In this document: one piece after another, positions 51,726 to 64,000 of the stretch | Layout of the letters: every line of letters begins with the position of its first letter | Position numbering within the stretch: position 1 is the first letter of the stretch | From: Carcharhinus amblyrhynchos | Taxonomy: Eukaryota | Assembly: GCA_965287045.1 (NCBI GenBank) | Contig: OZ336875.1 | Span: forward strand, 72,540,001-72,604,000 | Reading direction: 5' to 3' | Length of the DNA: 64,000 bases | Made by a program: the position numbers and the translations under genes | Notes under the pieces: generated by a model | What the model was told of the DNA's origin: nothing | Seen by the model: only the letters and a program-made list of their open reading frames with translations | Database searches by the model: none

Positions 51726-53115
51726 AAGGCATCCTGGCATGACACCACCACTCCACACAACCCTGGCAGCCTTCAACAGTGCACGGTTGGCAGGGTATAC
51801 AGAGAGCACAGTCAACAGCTGCAACAATATCTCTTAACTTTGAATCCAAGTCTAGACTTATCTGGAATCACTTCCAAAGGAGACAACCCATAACATTTTT
51901 CACCACTAACATCTTTATGTAACCTGCAGGAAAAGAAGCCTTGTCTCCCTGAAGCTCAGAAAGCTACTGAAATAGTCAAACAACATTTCCTGCATTCTTC
52001 CCTAAAACGACAGAATGCTTTTAATGTGATGTACTTCCCCTATCTCTTAAAATAAGAGCGATTGAGGAGTATGTAGGAACTGAGAGTCCTTGGCTACATT
52101 ATCTACAACGGATTCTTAACCAGGAAAAGCAATAAATAAACGTAAGATGCTCGGGGGAATTCAGAAATGTCTTGATCTCAGAACTAAATCAAAGTGATAT
52201 TTCTCCTCAGATTTTGGGAGTCCTGTGGCAACTCACTTGCTCGGTGAATGCAGACAAGCTACATCTGACTTGGCAAATATGCAGTTAACATGGGGTAAGC
52301 TGTTCTGGAAGTCAGTCATATGAGATTATTGATTAGGTTCCTTTGGAGAACAATTGCCTGTTGCCTCAGCAACAAATTAAAAAGGGCTGGCTGAAAAACA
52401 CACTGATTCACTGTGAGGAGTCTCTCGGGAAAACATGCAGTGAAATTAACGGTCATCTGGAAATGAGCATCTTAAAATCTCAACTTCCAGTAATGCCAAA
52501 TGAGTGTTTCTGCTCTCTCTTAACCTAGGGAATACTGTGGATCAGCTGTCATATCTTAGTGGTCCAGCAGCATGAGTAATCCAACTTCAAAATTCAATCT
52601 AAGCCAGAAATATCTATACGACATGCTCTCACTCTTTTTTAGGTCCTCACTCTAGTAATATTAAGACTTCCTGCAATGTTTCTTTCTCCAAATAATTTTT
52701 CCACAGGTCATCAAAATATGGAACTCGTACTTCTGTAAGTCTCACTTTCTTCCTATAGTCTTATAAAACAAAGATTAGCCTGACCTAATTACTGCTTTTG
52801 ACTTATTGTGTCTCATTTCTGTCTTGCAACCATCCTTCAGTTGACTCACTTGAGTCTTGTCCCTTTACTTTGTCTGCAAATTTACTGCATAAAGTGTTTC
52901 CTGAAACTGCCCTTTATCAATTGCAGCCTTCATCGTGTTCATATTTTGTCCTGCAATTGTGATTTAACTTGTAGTGCACCAGATTTACCTTTTCGATTCT
53001 GTTTATTATCTTGTGTACTTCCCATGGTCCAATTTCATTCATTAACATCCCTCCCCTTCCCTCCCCAACCACAAATGTTCCTTTGTATAAACCTTCTCTT
53101 TGGATACAATCTTAC

Positions 53116-53209
53116 CTTTCGGAAGAGAAAGATGTTGCCTACGAAAGGAGATGGCTTTGGGTGCTTGATTCCAATCCTTTCCAACTGTGAGAATGGTGAC
53201 ACTGAGTAC
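53116..53209 (-). CDS. TBXAS1: Thromboxane A synthase (CYP5A1)-like, internal coding exon (probably coding exon 2)
   Basis: Minus strand: acceptor gctgtttctgacAG, 94-nt exon, donor GTaagatt. Translates (W)[31 protein letters not shown], resembling the recalled human TBXAS1 segment [32 protein letters not shown] (P450 proline-rich hinge). Confidence 0.9.
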
Positions 53210-54371
53210 CTGTCAGAAACAGCATAACATTAAATGAAGTATCACAATCATTCTGGCAAACTTTCACCCCTCATCTCCAAAACAATTCCAGCTGTACAAC
53301 AGTTCCACAGGTGTCTTCCATTACATCAACCAAATAGGGTTTTACTTCAGACACAAGGTGTCAATAAGGGTTTTGGGGAGGGACATTATATCCAAGTCTG
53401 GTTATAGGACAATGCTAATGAATAGTGTTATGCTATTTCTTAAGAATAAATCCAATAAGAACATAATTAAGCTCCCAAATGAACTGAATTTTAAAAAAAC
53501 CTGAAGATGGAATAAGCTTATTCAAACATTTGAGGATTATGGCAAAGCAGCCTGTGGTTACCGAAAAAAGCTAAGAAGATCCATATCAGCTCATTTGCTA
53601 TACATAACAGGATGATGCAGAAGATACTGTCTGCTCAAAGAGTTGGAAGATGATGGCCATGTGGTGCATAAACACCAGCACAGGCCAGTTGGGCCATTGG
53701 CCTGTTTCTGTGCTATAAATTCTATGTATTGTATCAGGCAATTATGGGAATAGTTAAGAGGGATTGGTAATGGCGCATTGCAATCAGAGCATTCCAAATA
53801 TAGTACACTACATGACAGATGTTTTATCCTCACATGTGGTTGGTCTACAAGATAAAAAGACTTTAAGCTTTACCCTGACTTAAGAATGAATCAATGCAAG
53901 AAAAAAATTATAATATAAAATTATGTAAAATTAATACATATAAAATTATTACAAACAGCAGTTCGAACTCAGCAGCTTAGAAAGCAACTGCAGTTAGTTG
54001 GTGAAATGGAAGGGAAAACTTCACCAGCCAGCAGTGTCAAAGCCACTGTCGAGGACAACAGAACAGAAAGCAAATCTATAAATAGGAAGTCTGATCAATC
54101 AAACATGCTACAGGAGTGGGTGGTCCTACTCCATGCTATACCCTGCTCACCCAAGATGTGTAATGATCAGCAAGTATCACATGTGTTCGAAGAACAGGTG
54201 TTCCCATTCAGTAGCCTGGAAGCATAGAGCCATTAGTCCCAGTCAAAAACATAAGCACGTCTATTCCTGGGCGAGACGCATCAGTTGGCTTTCATGTTTG
54301 CCCAAATAACAACAAAAGTAGTGTGCACTGGGATGTCCTGAGAATAAGTCATTAAATAATTGCATGAGCTT

Positions 54372-54560
54372 AAATAAAGCAAATTACTGCAAATGCTGGA
54401 ATCTGAAACCAAAAGAAAAAACGCTGGAAAATCTCAGCAGGTCTGATAGCATCTGTCAAAGCTTTGACAAGGGGTCATCTGGACTCGAAACGTCAGCTCT
54501 TTTCTCTCCTTACAGATGCTGCCAGACCTGCTGAGATTTCCCAGCGCTTTCTCTTTTGGA
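54372..54560. mobile_element. Palindromic Penelope-derived repeat with a mutated hammerhead motif
   Basis: Arms gctggaaaatctcagcaggtctg / cagacctgctgagatttcccagc; ttgacaa-ggggtc-atct-ggactc-GAAAC-GTC-agct. Confidence 0.75.
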
Positions 54561-55074
54561 TTGCATGTGCTTGCTTAGTGCAGAGATTAAAGCAATGTTT
54601 TATATCTCTAAGAGGGAAACTTGCATTTCAGTTGATGCCTTAGTCAAAAATGGTAAGGTGAACAATCTCCCCGGTCCCTGCCATTGTTAATGTTCTGTCA
54701 ACATGTTTCATTCTACATGACGTTAAGAAACGGCTGGAAACACTAGATGTAGTAATGGCTACAGGCCCTAACAATTTCAAGCTGCGCTGTTGAAAATTTG
54801 TGTAGCAGGCCTGATTATTATTCACAATAAAAAAGAGAAAAATCTAACTCAGCCCATGACTCACTTATGAATCTTCTTATTTCATCAGTGAAATGAGAGG
54901 AATCATTAACACTGCCATCCAATGGCACCAATTTAATCAATAACCACCTCATCGATGCTCAGTTCGGGTTCTGCTCAAAATCCCTCACATTTGCTCAGTC
55001 TGGCCTCAACAGTGACTTGACATTATTGGCTGGTGAAGTTTTCCCCTTCAGTCTGCTCAGATGACCATACCCAG

Positions 55075-55370
55075 CTATGCAGCTGAGGCCAAGGAGACCA
55101 TATTCCTACCTCTGGGCCAGAGGTTCCGAGTTCAAGTCCACTTCAAGACTTGGTGGCCACAGAAGATGGGTTCATAAAGTGACCAAACAGTTTGATTATC
55201 AACCTATAAATCCTTCCGATATGCCTTATGGCAGGCAGTAAAGGTGGGAGAGTTTCTTGGTCAGCCATGCTCCAGAAGATAATGCCCAACTACTGCAAAC
55301 CAAGCATAATCATGGATCAATCCAATTCAAGCCATGGCCCCCAAGACAGAATGTCACCTGAAAGAGGAGG
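55075..55370 (+). mobile_element. tRNA-derived SINE, unassigned, inside old LINE fragments (54720-55600)
   Basis: B box gagttcaagtcc; flanks contain aaggctacaggccct-like and GPSIFSCSIN RT remnants. Confidence 0.45.
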
Positions 55371-56488
55371 TTATCACAGCCAATTCATCATGGCCCCAGA
55401 CATCACTGCAAAAGTTTCTCAGAGAAGTGATCCTGGCCCATCCATCTTCAGCTGTTCCATTAATAACCGTCCCATTGTAAGATCAAGGGTAGGGTTAATC
55501 AAATCTACTCTACGACATCTCTAATAACAAAGTTAGCTATGCTTTTCTACACGAGGGCCTGGATAGCATCCAGAGGTTTGTGCTTACACGTGGCAGGTAA
55601 CAAGATGCTCTGAATTCCTAAACAGGAGACAAGTCGGCATGGAGCAATTTTAATCAAGAATGCAATTGAGGCCGCCACGCTGGATGGCAATCCATCCAGG
55701 CTTTTGCAGTTTGAGATTCTCACTCCCTGGTCTCAGCTGCATATTCAGACGCAGTCACCTGACCAAATGTGAGGGATTGCAAGCAGAAGTAAGTTCCCAT
55801 TGCCACAACTTCAACACTAACAATAAAACCATTCAAGCACATCACATTAAAACAATTCAAATATATTGGGCACAATCTTAGGAGAATTTGTGCCAGTTCC
55901 AGCTCACAGAATTGAGTGATTCTCATCAATGCCACTGGCATGATTTCTGACAAAGTTATGCCTCATTAATGAAAATGATTGCAAATACGAGAATCGCTGT
56001 CATTCCTCAAGTGAGTAATCAATATTGCCTCCTTTATCCCCTGCAATGCAGTCTCCCTTTTCTTGCAAGGGAAAGTAGCCATGCAGCCCAGATTACCCTT
56101 TTGTGCCTCCAGGGACCCTCCAGACACAAGCAGCTTTGAAGGAGTGTAAGCTGAGGGTAACCTCCACCCCTGGAAATTCTTCCCATATTCCCATTCAATG
56201 AAGCGATATCCCTGCCATGTGCACTCCCCTGCCCCCTTATCAAGGTTAAAGCATTTCAAAAGTGCAACATTGCAGCTGTGCGCCAAAGGCCATGGGGCTG
56301 TCAAAATGCTGACAGCCTTTCCACCTTGCGTAAAAGCTGAAACTGAAAAGCTGACCAACTTCCCCAAAAGGGGCCTGCAGTACCTAATGCTCATCTTAAA
56401 CAGTTTATAAAGGCCACTATGTGCTCACTCATTGGCAGGGCACATTCAGCTCTCTGTTAGGCAGGAGTCAGACATATGAGGATGAGAG

Positions 56489-58562
56489 GAACAAAGAACA
56501 AAACAGCCCGGGAAACAGGCCCTTCGGCCCAACGAGCCCGCGCCACCATTTTAACATTACGAGTGCCCCCTCCACCCATAACCCTTATCTATGCTTATGG
56601 CATTCCACATTGAGGGAAGACTAATTTAGGGACAATTTATTACACTAATCAGCCTAATAGCACATCTTTGGGGCGTGGGAGGAAACTGGAGCACCCGGAG
56701 AAAACCCACGGAAGCACGGGGAGAATGCGCAAACTCCCACAGACACTGGCCCAAATCCATGTGTCTGCACAGCAAACACTGAGCTGTCGTGTTGCCCAGC
56801 ATCTGGTCCAGTTTAAGCGCACACTAACGACATGAAGTACTAGGCTACTCTTGAAACAACCAAGAGCAGCCCTCGTACAACCCATCGCGTGTATGCCCCT
56901 CGTTGGACAACAATGCAGACCGAAGCACCTGTGAATTAAAAGAGAAAAACGTTAGTATCATCCACATCCTTATACGTTACCAGGGACGTCCCAAGGCTCC
57001 TGAACCTTATTTAAAGCAGTCTCCTATATCCCTCCATCTCCAACCCACTCATGTGCCTGTCTAAGTAACTCTTAAACAACTCCAGCGTGCCTGCCTCCAC
57101 CACCTCGTTTGGCAGAGCATTCCATACCCCCACTACCCTCTGTGTGAAAAACCTCTCTCTAATATCCATGTTATATCTCGTCCCCCTCACCCTAAGCCCA
57201 TGGCCCCTCATAATGTGCGTTTCTAACGTAGGAAAAAGCTTACCACTGTTTATCTATACCCTTCATAATCTTATATACCTCTATTAGATCTCCCCTCAGT
57301 CGCCTTCTTTCAAGGGAAAACAGCCCCAATTTGTTCAATCTTTCCTCATAACCCAGTCCTTCCATACCAGGCAGCATCTTGGTAAACCTCCTCTGCACTC
57401 TCTCCAGGGTCTCCACGTCCTTCCAGTAGTAAGGTGACCAGAATCGGACGCAGTACTCCAAATGCGGCCTAACCAACGTTCTATACAACTGCAACATTAG
57501 ACTCCAGCTCTTATACTCTATACCCCTTCCTATAAAGGCTAACATACCATAAGCTTTCTTCACAACCTTCTCCACTTGTACTGCCACCTTCAAAGACTTG
57601 TGCACTTGCACCCCCAGGTCCCTCTGCGTTTCTATACTCTTTATAGGTCTACCCTTTATCATATAACTCCCCCCTACATTATTTCGGCCAAAATGCATCA
57701 CCTCACATTTATCAGAGTTAAACTCCATTTGCCATGTATCTGCCCAATATACCAGCCTATCTATATCCCGTTGTATTGCCAGACACTGCTCCTCACTGTC
57801 TGCCAATCCAGCCATCTTAGTGTCAACTGCAAATTTGCTGATCACACCACTTACTCCCTCTTCCAAGTCATTTATGTATATTACAAAAAGAGAGGTCCCA
57901 GTACTGAGCCCTGCGGCACACCACTAGTGACAAACCTCCAGCTAGAAAAGGACCCTTCCACTACTACTCTCTGTCTCCTCTTACCAAGCCAGTTATCAAT
58001 CCATCTAGATACCTGGCCTTGTATTCCATGAGCCTTAATCTTTTCAACCAACCTACCATGAGGGACTTTGTCAAATGCCTTACTGAAATCCATATAGACG
58101 ACATCAACAGCTCGTCCTTCGTCAACTGTTTTTGTCACCTCCTCAAAAAATTCTACCAGATTTGTAAGGCAAGACTTCTCCTTTACAAAGCCATGCTGTG
58201 TATCCCTTATCAGATTGCAACACTCTAAGTGCTCATACATCCTATCCCTAAGAATCCTCTCCATCAACTTGCCTACCACTGACGTCAAATTCACCGGCCT
58301 ATAGTTACCAGGGTTATCCCTCCTACCCTTTTTAAATAACGGTACCACGTTCGCTATCCTCCAGTCCTCTGGGACCTCACCTGTGTCCAAAGAAGAGACA
58401 AAAATTTGCATCAGAGGCCCAGCAATTTCACCTCTCGCCTCCCTAAGCAGCCTAGGATAAATGCCATCAGGCCCCGGAGATTTATCAGTTTTAATGCTAC
58501 CTAAAAGCCCTAACACTTCCTCCCTTGTAATGGATAGTTCCTTCAATTGGTCTACAGCTCCC
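56489..58562 (-). mobile_element. CR1 copy B with composite 3' end
   Basis: ORFs 57881-58546, 57240-57866 and 57011-57211 are highly similar to copy A; the flanks differ. Confidence 0.92.
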
Positions 58563-58564
58563 TC

Positions 58565-59105
58565 GAAGCTGTAGCATCACTCTGTCCTTGCATCAAGTCA
58601 CGATCATTCTTCTGCAGAGTCCGGTTAATGGCTTCAGCCCCCTGCTTGTGAAGACATTGATTGGTGATGCTGGCACCACATTCTTTGTTTTACCTGTCAT
58701 CCATGGCTGGGCGGTGGGGGAAGGATGCCAAGTTGTGGAGCGCACAGTACACCACAATAATGCGGGAGACCCTCTGCAGGCTATATTGTAGAGCACCCCT
58801 GACTGGTCCAGGCACTGGAACCAGATCTTCAGCAGTCCGATGGCCTGCTCAGCCAGCATGCAAGTTGAAGCGTGAGCTGAATTGTATCGAGTCTCCACTG
58901 ATGTTTATGGTCTCCCCCACTGGTGGCATCAGCCATCTTTTGAGTGGTACTTCTTGTCTCAGAGGAGCCACCGATCCAACAGTCACTCTTCCCCAAAGAC
59001 AGCTGTATTTGTTCAAGTTTATACACTTGCATACAGGGCATCTGTAACCTCCCTGATACACAGAGGCAGACTAGGAGATGTCGCAGACGTCCCCTGTGCT
59101 GCCGT
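58565..59105 (-). pseudogene. PIF/Harbinger (HARBI1-like) transposase remnant
   Basis: PLKRWLMPP..ETRYNSAHASTCMLAEQAIGLLKIWFQCLDQSG. Confidence 0.85.
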
Positions 59106-59109
59106 GGAA

Positions 59110-59893
59110 GGAGTTGCTGGCAAAAAAAACTTCCAAGTAATGTTCAATGTGGAGAAGTGCTGATTCAGCAGCTGAGTGAAGTTTGCAGGAGGTTTCCTTG
59201 TCCATATTTGACCTGATGCCATGAGGCCTCATGAGGTCTGGAATCAATGTTGAGGACTCTCAGGGCCATCCCCTCTAAACTGTACACCAACCATTATGCT
59301 GCTACCTCTGGTGGGTCTGTCCTGCCAGAGAGACAGAGCATACCCAGGGCTGTTGATGGTGGTGTCTGGGACATTGTAAGCTGTGATTCCATCAGTATGA
59401 CTATGTCAGGCTGTTGCTTGATTGCTCTGTGGGTCAGCTCTATCAATTTTGACACAATTCAACAGATGTTAGTGAGGGGCACTTTGCAAGCTTGACTGGG
59501 CAGGGTGTGCTTTAGTCATGTTTGCTGCCAAGGCCAATGTTTGGTGGTCAGTCCAGTCTTACCCACTTTAGCCTTTTATAGAAGCTTAATACAACGGAGC
59601 GGCTCGCAAGACATTTCAGGGGGCAGACAAATGTCACCCGCATTGCAAGTGAATCTGGAATCACAGGGAAGAACGGCAAATTTCCTTATGAACATTAGTG
59701 AATAAGATGGATTTTGAGGACAATCCAGTAATTTCTTTATCACAATTACTGATTTTTTAAAATTCCACAATTAAAGCAACCTGGTTTAAATTCCCCAGCT
59801 ATCATGGTGGGATTTAACCTATGTCTCTGGGTTCAAATCTTAGTTCAAGCCTCTGGATTACTTGTCCAGTAACAGAACCACTGTTATTATACT
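59110..59893 (-). mobile_element. 5' portion of a second, older tRNA-headed LINE (head, body, APE start)
   Basis: Reverse: cagtggttctgttactggacaagtaatccag head; then CKVPLTNIC*IVSKLIELTHRAIKQQPDIVILMES. Confidence 0.8.
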
Positions 59894-61084
59894 GGGTACA
59901 GCAAAAGAGAAATACTTCACTGACCTGATACTAAATTACGATCAGTAACAGCATGAGGAGAGGGTAAAACACCAGTCACTTTAATTTATTTAAGACATAC
60001 TTGATTCTACACACACCTAAAGTTGCAGTGAGAAATATGTTCTGCCAGATAAAGGTAGTGCAGGGTTCTCCAGGCTACAGCATTGCACAAGTTATAGTGG
60101 TTCAGGGGTCAGAGTAATGCTATGAACAGATGGCACGAGGAGCAGAATATTCGGTCACTGATTGGAGCTAGTTGCTATTCCAGATGTTGTTTTTTTAAAG
60201 TTAATCAAATATGTATTCAAGAACTGATTGCAGGGCTTTTTGTTCCCCTCCCCCACATGTTCAAGCTCATCATTTGAACTCAAAATTTGAGCACATTTTT
60301 CTCACAAGCAGTAATTGAGGACATCTGATAACCTGTCAGCATTATGTAGTTAAACAGTGTGATTTGGAATCGATATTTCAATTCCAAATCACCTGTCTTT
60401 CAACATGCTTCCATCATAAAGAATTCTAAAATGTCAACTCTTGCATTTTTATTTGTTGTCGTAATTTTTGTCCACGTTTGTCCCTTGGAAACCAGCACCT
60501 GCTCACAGAGGCGAAGCCAGACTTCAGGCTTTTCCATATTTCTCAACAAGTTGTGTGTTGTGTGGATGAAAGTCAGACAGCATTTGGGATGTTTTCAGGG
60601 CTGATGATATGCTTCCTTCAAAGAAACGTTTCTTTCCTTAGTCCTGCTAGAAAACCAAGTTTAAAAAAGAGGTGTTAAATTCATTTAACACTGCCTTCAT
60701 TATGATACTCCTTTTGCTCTCTATGAAGAAAGTGTAATCTGAACCATCACTGCAGTTCTTTAATCTGTAAATTGGAGAATGCCACCGCATGCAGTATTTA
60801 AGTCTTAGATTCAATGCCTACCATTGTGTTGAGTTAGCTGGGGGAGAAGGCAGGACACGTCCAATCAACATCCAGTGGTCCTGGACTACAACATGCACAC
60901 TCATCCAGCTGCTGGTTAGCCAATTGGCATAACTCCCTGTGATCATCTCTGTAACTTGTCGATACCCACTATGTGGGCACATGAAGACTGGATGTAGAAT
61001 AAACATGTGCAAAAACAGAGTAAGCATCTTCAGGGGAGGTCTGGTGGGGAACTAGAGTCCTCCAAGTTGTTCCTCAACAGCCAT

Positions 61085-61440
61085 TAGGAATAGAACAGAT
61101 GTAAGCCATTCTTTCTCTTGAGCCTCCTCCAACAATCAATGAAATTATGGTTGATCAGTGCCTTAATTCCAATTTATCTATATTTGACCCTTATTCCTTG
61201 ATCTTAAAAATCTCTCAATCTCAATCCTAAAAGCTCCAACTGATCCTCATAATCCAGGAGACAGAGTTCTGGATTTCTACTATTATTTGCATGCAAACAT
61301 GCTTCCTAATTTCACTCCTGACTGGCCAAAAACTAATTTTATAGTATCCTGTTCCTGATTTCCTTACCAGGAAAAAAACATTTTGTTTGCTCTGTATCTG
61401 TATGTAGATATCAAATCCTTCATATCTATTTAAGCACCTT
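61085..61440 (-). mobile_element. Degenerate CR1 3' end
   Basis: taggaatagaacagatgtaagccattc..cttaaaaatctctcaatctc. Confidence 0.6.
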
Positions 61441-64000
61441 GGTCAGAGCACCCTCCATCATTTATGCATTTTGTCCATTTTAATTTGTCCTGTTCTCTCA
61501 CAGAAGTTAAATGGAACAAACATATGGACAAATAGACTTCACTAGACTGTATGAAGCAGATGTTTATAAATAGTATGATTAGGACTGATCAGAATCGAAA
61601 ATACTAAGTTACTTCCTGAATGACTGCTCTTCCTGAGTATTATCTTAGTTCCCGTGGCAATTGCCGCTATTTTTAGTTATCCACTCTCTTTGCTATTATC
61701 TTTTGATATTTTAAATCAGAGTTACCGACCTCAATAGCCATGCATGCAGCCTGGAGCCCCATCTTCCTGTGTGCATTCATGCAAATGCCTCTATTGCACC
61801 AGATGTTATGTTCCATTTTATCTCAAAGCAGTCGCAAAATGCACAATCACCAGCTTTCTACATAAAGTACAACCAGATCTGTTAATCAGACCAACCAAAG
61901 CCAGATCGCTGAAGTCTCATATTAAACAGTTACTGTTTAGAGGCTTGCAAAGAAGGGCACTTATTTCTTTCCAATTTGGAACAGGTGAAAAGCCTTTAGA
62001 ACTTGACAATTGACAATACCATGATTGATATTCTAGCTGAGGGTTGACACCTTAAAGGGAGCTGCGAAATCGAGGGGTTTAATTTCCTTGCACTCCTTGA
62101 TTTCTCCATTTCCAGTTGGTGGGTTTTGTTTTCTCTGGTTGCACCTTGCATTTAGTTTCTGTCAGATGTTTATGTGCAGGACTTCAGTGAGAATGTAGAA
62201 ATATTTTTGGCAGAGGTGCTGGTGCAGTGTGTGCTTCCTTTGCATCCCCTGTGTATCTTCATTATCATGGAAATATATCAACATATTTATGTGCATTTCC
62301 AAAGGCAGTTTATCTTGTAGTTTCTAAAGACTATCTCTTGGACTTAATTGTTTTAGGTACATATCCTGAACACATTTTGTTCACCAAGTCTGGGACATGA
62401 TACATCAATGACAGTAGTGAGGAGAGGGGAAGAAGGAGATTGCTGTTGCAGAGGGATAATAGACTGCTGGTTACTTTCTGGGACTGAGACTGATTTGGAA
62501 ATTATCCAATTTAACTTACAATTACAGAGAACAAAGGTAAGTCTAGTTCTTCTGAAGAGAATGAAGGCGAGCTGTCTATGTTAACGCAATGGGTCTTCTG
62601 AAGAAATAGTCAGATTTGACACCACTTGGTTTGCTAACTAAGTGAGAACTCCAATCTGTTAGAAATTAATGGAGAGTTTCTAGGGCATTACAAGTGACCT
62701 TACAGTTCTGAAATGGCATCCACAGCATGTAGATACTTGTGTGGCAAATCACATCAGGTGCCAAATTGCTGCAGGTGGAGTAAATAACTAGAAGTAAGCA
62801 CTGCAGGCAGATCATGAAGTCAATTAACACACAATGCTGGCTTGACACCAACACTGACATGAGGGCCTCTATGCCATATCCAGTACGGTAATAAGGGAGG
62901 TCAGCCAGCCTCAGAACAAAAATTGAAAAAAAACTAATATATATTTAACCCTTAATCAGCGTTTTAACTAAAATGTCATGCCTCAGACATGGAGCCAAAT
63001 GTTACACTCTGAGGATATGATGGTGATTTGGGATGATTTCCAGGTCTGACCCTACTCTTGCCATCAGAGACCACCTCTAGTCCTGCCTTACAATTAAGAA
63101 TGGAGGGCAGTTTCTAAAAGTTGCAAGCTCTTCAGCCATGGAAAGATGGCAACCCATCCTCAGGTTTTCTCTGAAGAAGTTTTAACTTTAAGAGTGACTA
63201 TAGCTGCCAGACCATCTCTGTGAAGGGGAAGGCTCACTGATGGATGCAGCTCTGGGGCTGAAGTCAATAAACACATGGGCCCAGCGAAAATCCTAGTCAT
63301 GTTAATCAGCCATCGTCCGCTGCTGGTATGAGAGTTGCCTTCGCCACTGATGACCTGCTGGAACTCATCAGCTCACTGACCTGACAGTTACATTTCTGGC
63401 ATTGCTCTATGTCCTAACATCAAACCTGCCCCCCAGGACTTGGAAAATTAAATCAGTTTCTCTCTCCACAGCGGCTGCCTGACCTGCTGAGAGTGACCAG
63501 TAGTTTCTGTTTCTCTTTCAGATTTTCTGGAAGATTTTCTGCATTAATCTGTTGTTTCTAGCTGTAACAAATGACTCTCAAGGTCATTTTGACACTGGAT
63601 GAAAGTGGAAAGTGGACAATACTGGTCAGCCATCCTTCACCCATCTCTCTTGATTTTAATTTATATGGAAGTTGTCCTTCCACCAGTACTATTAAAATGC
63701 ATCAACCATTTACAGGTTAGTTACTAATTGATTTTGTCTGGCTGTTGCTATGATCAGACAATTATCTGATACTCTCTACAGTTGTTCCAAGTTGCAAATG
63801 CCTGCAGGGAGTAGTGTGGTAAATGCTGAAAGAGTTTTGTTGATTTTAAGGTTTCTGCACAAACCATTTCCTCCCAGATATGGGTGCATTACTAAGCCTT
63901 AGAATGAGATGCAAGACAGGATGAATGAACAGAGGTTACATAAAGCAGGGTAAACTGCTGGAAGAGTGAGGAAAGAAGGACACTCAGCAGGAGACCATGT

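Noticed and set aside
52707-52734. 28-nt plus-strand micro-exon (ccacAG..GTAAGT)
   Set aside because: Antisense to the host gene, with no partner exons or recognisable peptide.
49089-58562. Segmental duplication as the explanation for the two similar CR1 copies
   Set aside because: Similarity stops at the 3' microsatellite tail, and the 5' ends and flanks differ.
53210-64000. TBXAS1 first coding exon (and the following exon in 1-11679)
   Set aside because: No convincing match found by eye; probably outside the window.

Overview
Vertebrate, almost certainly shark (elasmobranch), genomic DNA. Most of the window is intronic sequence of a minus-strand thromboxane A synthase (TBXAS1/CYP5A1)-like gene; two short coding exons (53116-53209, 11680-11732) are recognisable and are missed by the ORF track. 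The introns are packed with nested transposons: many CR1 LINEs (one near-intact full-length copy with an esterase ORF1), a Rex/Babar LINE, Penelope-like elements with hammerhead-ribozyme motifs, HE1-type V-SINEs, Deu-domain SINEs, Gypsy, hAT and Harbinger remnants, and a MITE. Two LINE/SINE chimeras stand out. (1) A single-ORF APE-RT LINE whose 5' end is a tRNA-Thr-like head, present with its internally deleted SINE-sized relatives. (2) A CR1 subfamily (two independent copies) whose 3' end is a structured spacer plus a captured, decayed HE1-like SINE. Family names come from motifs recognised by eye, not database searches, and repeat boundaries are approximate.
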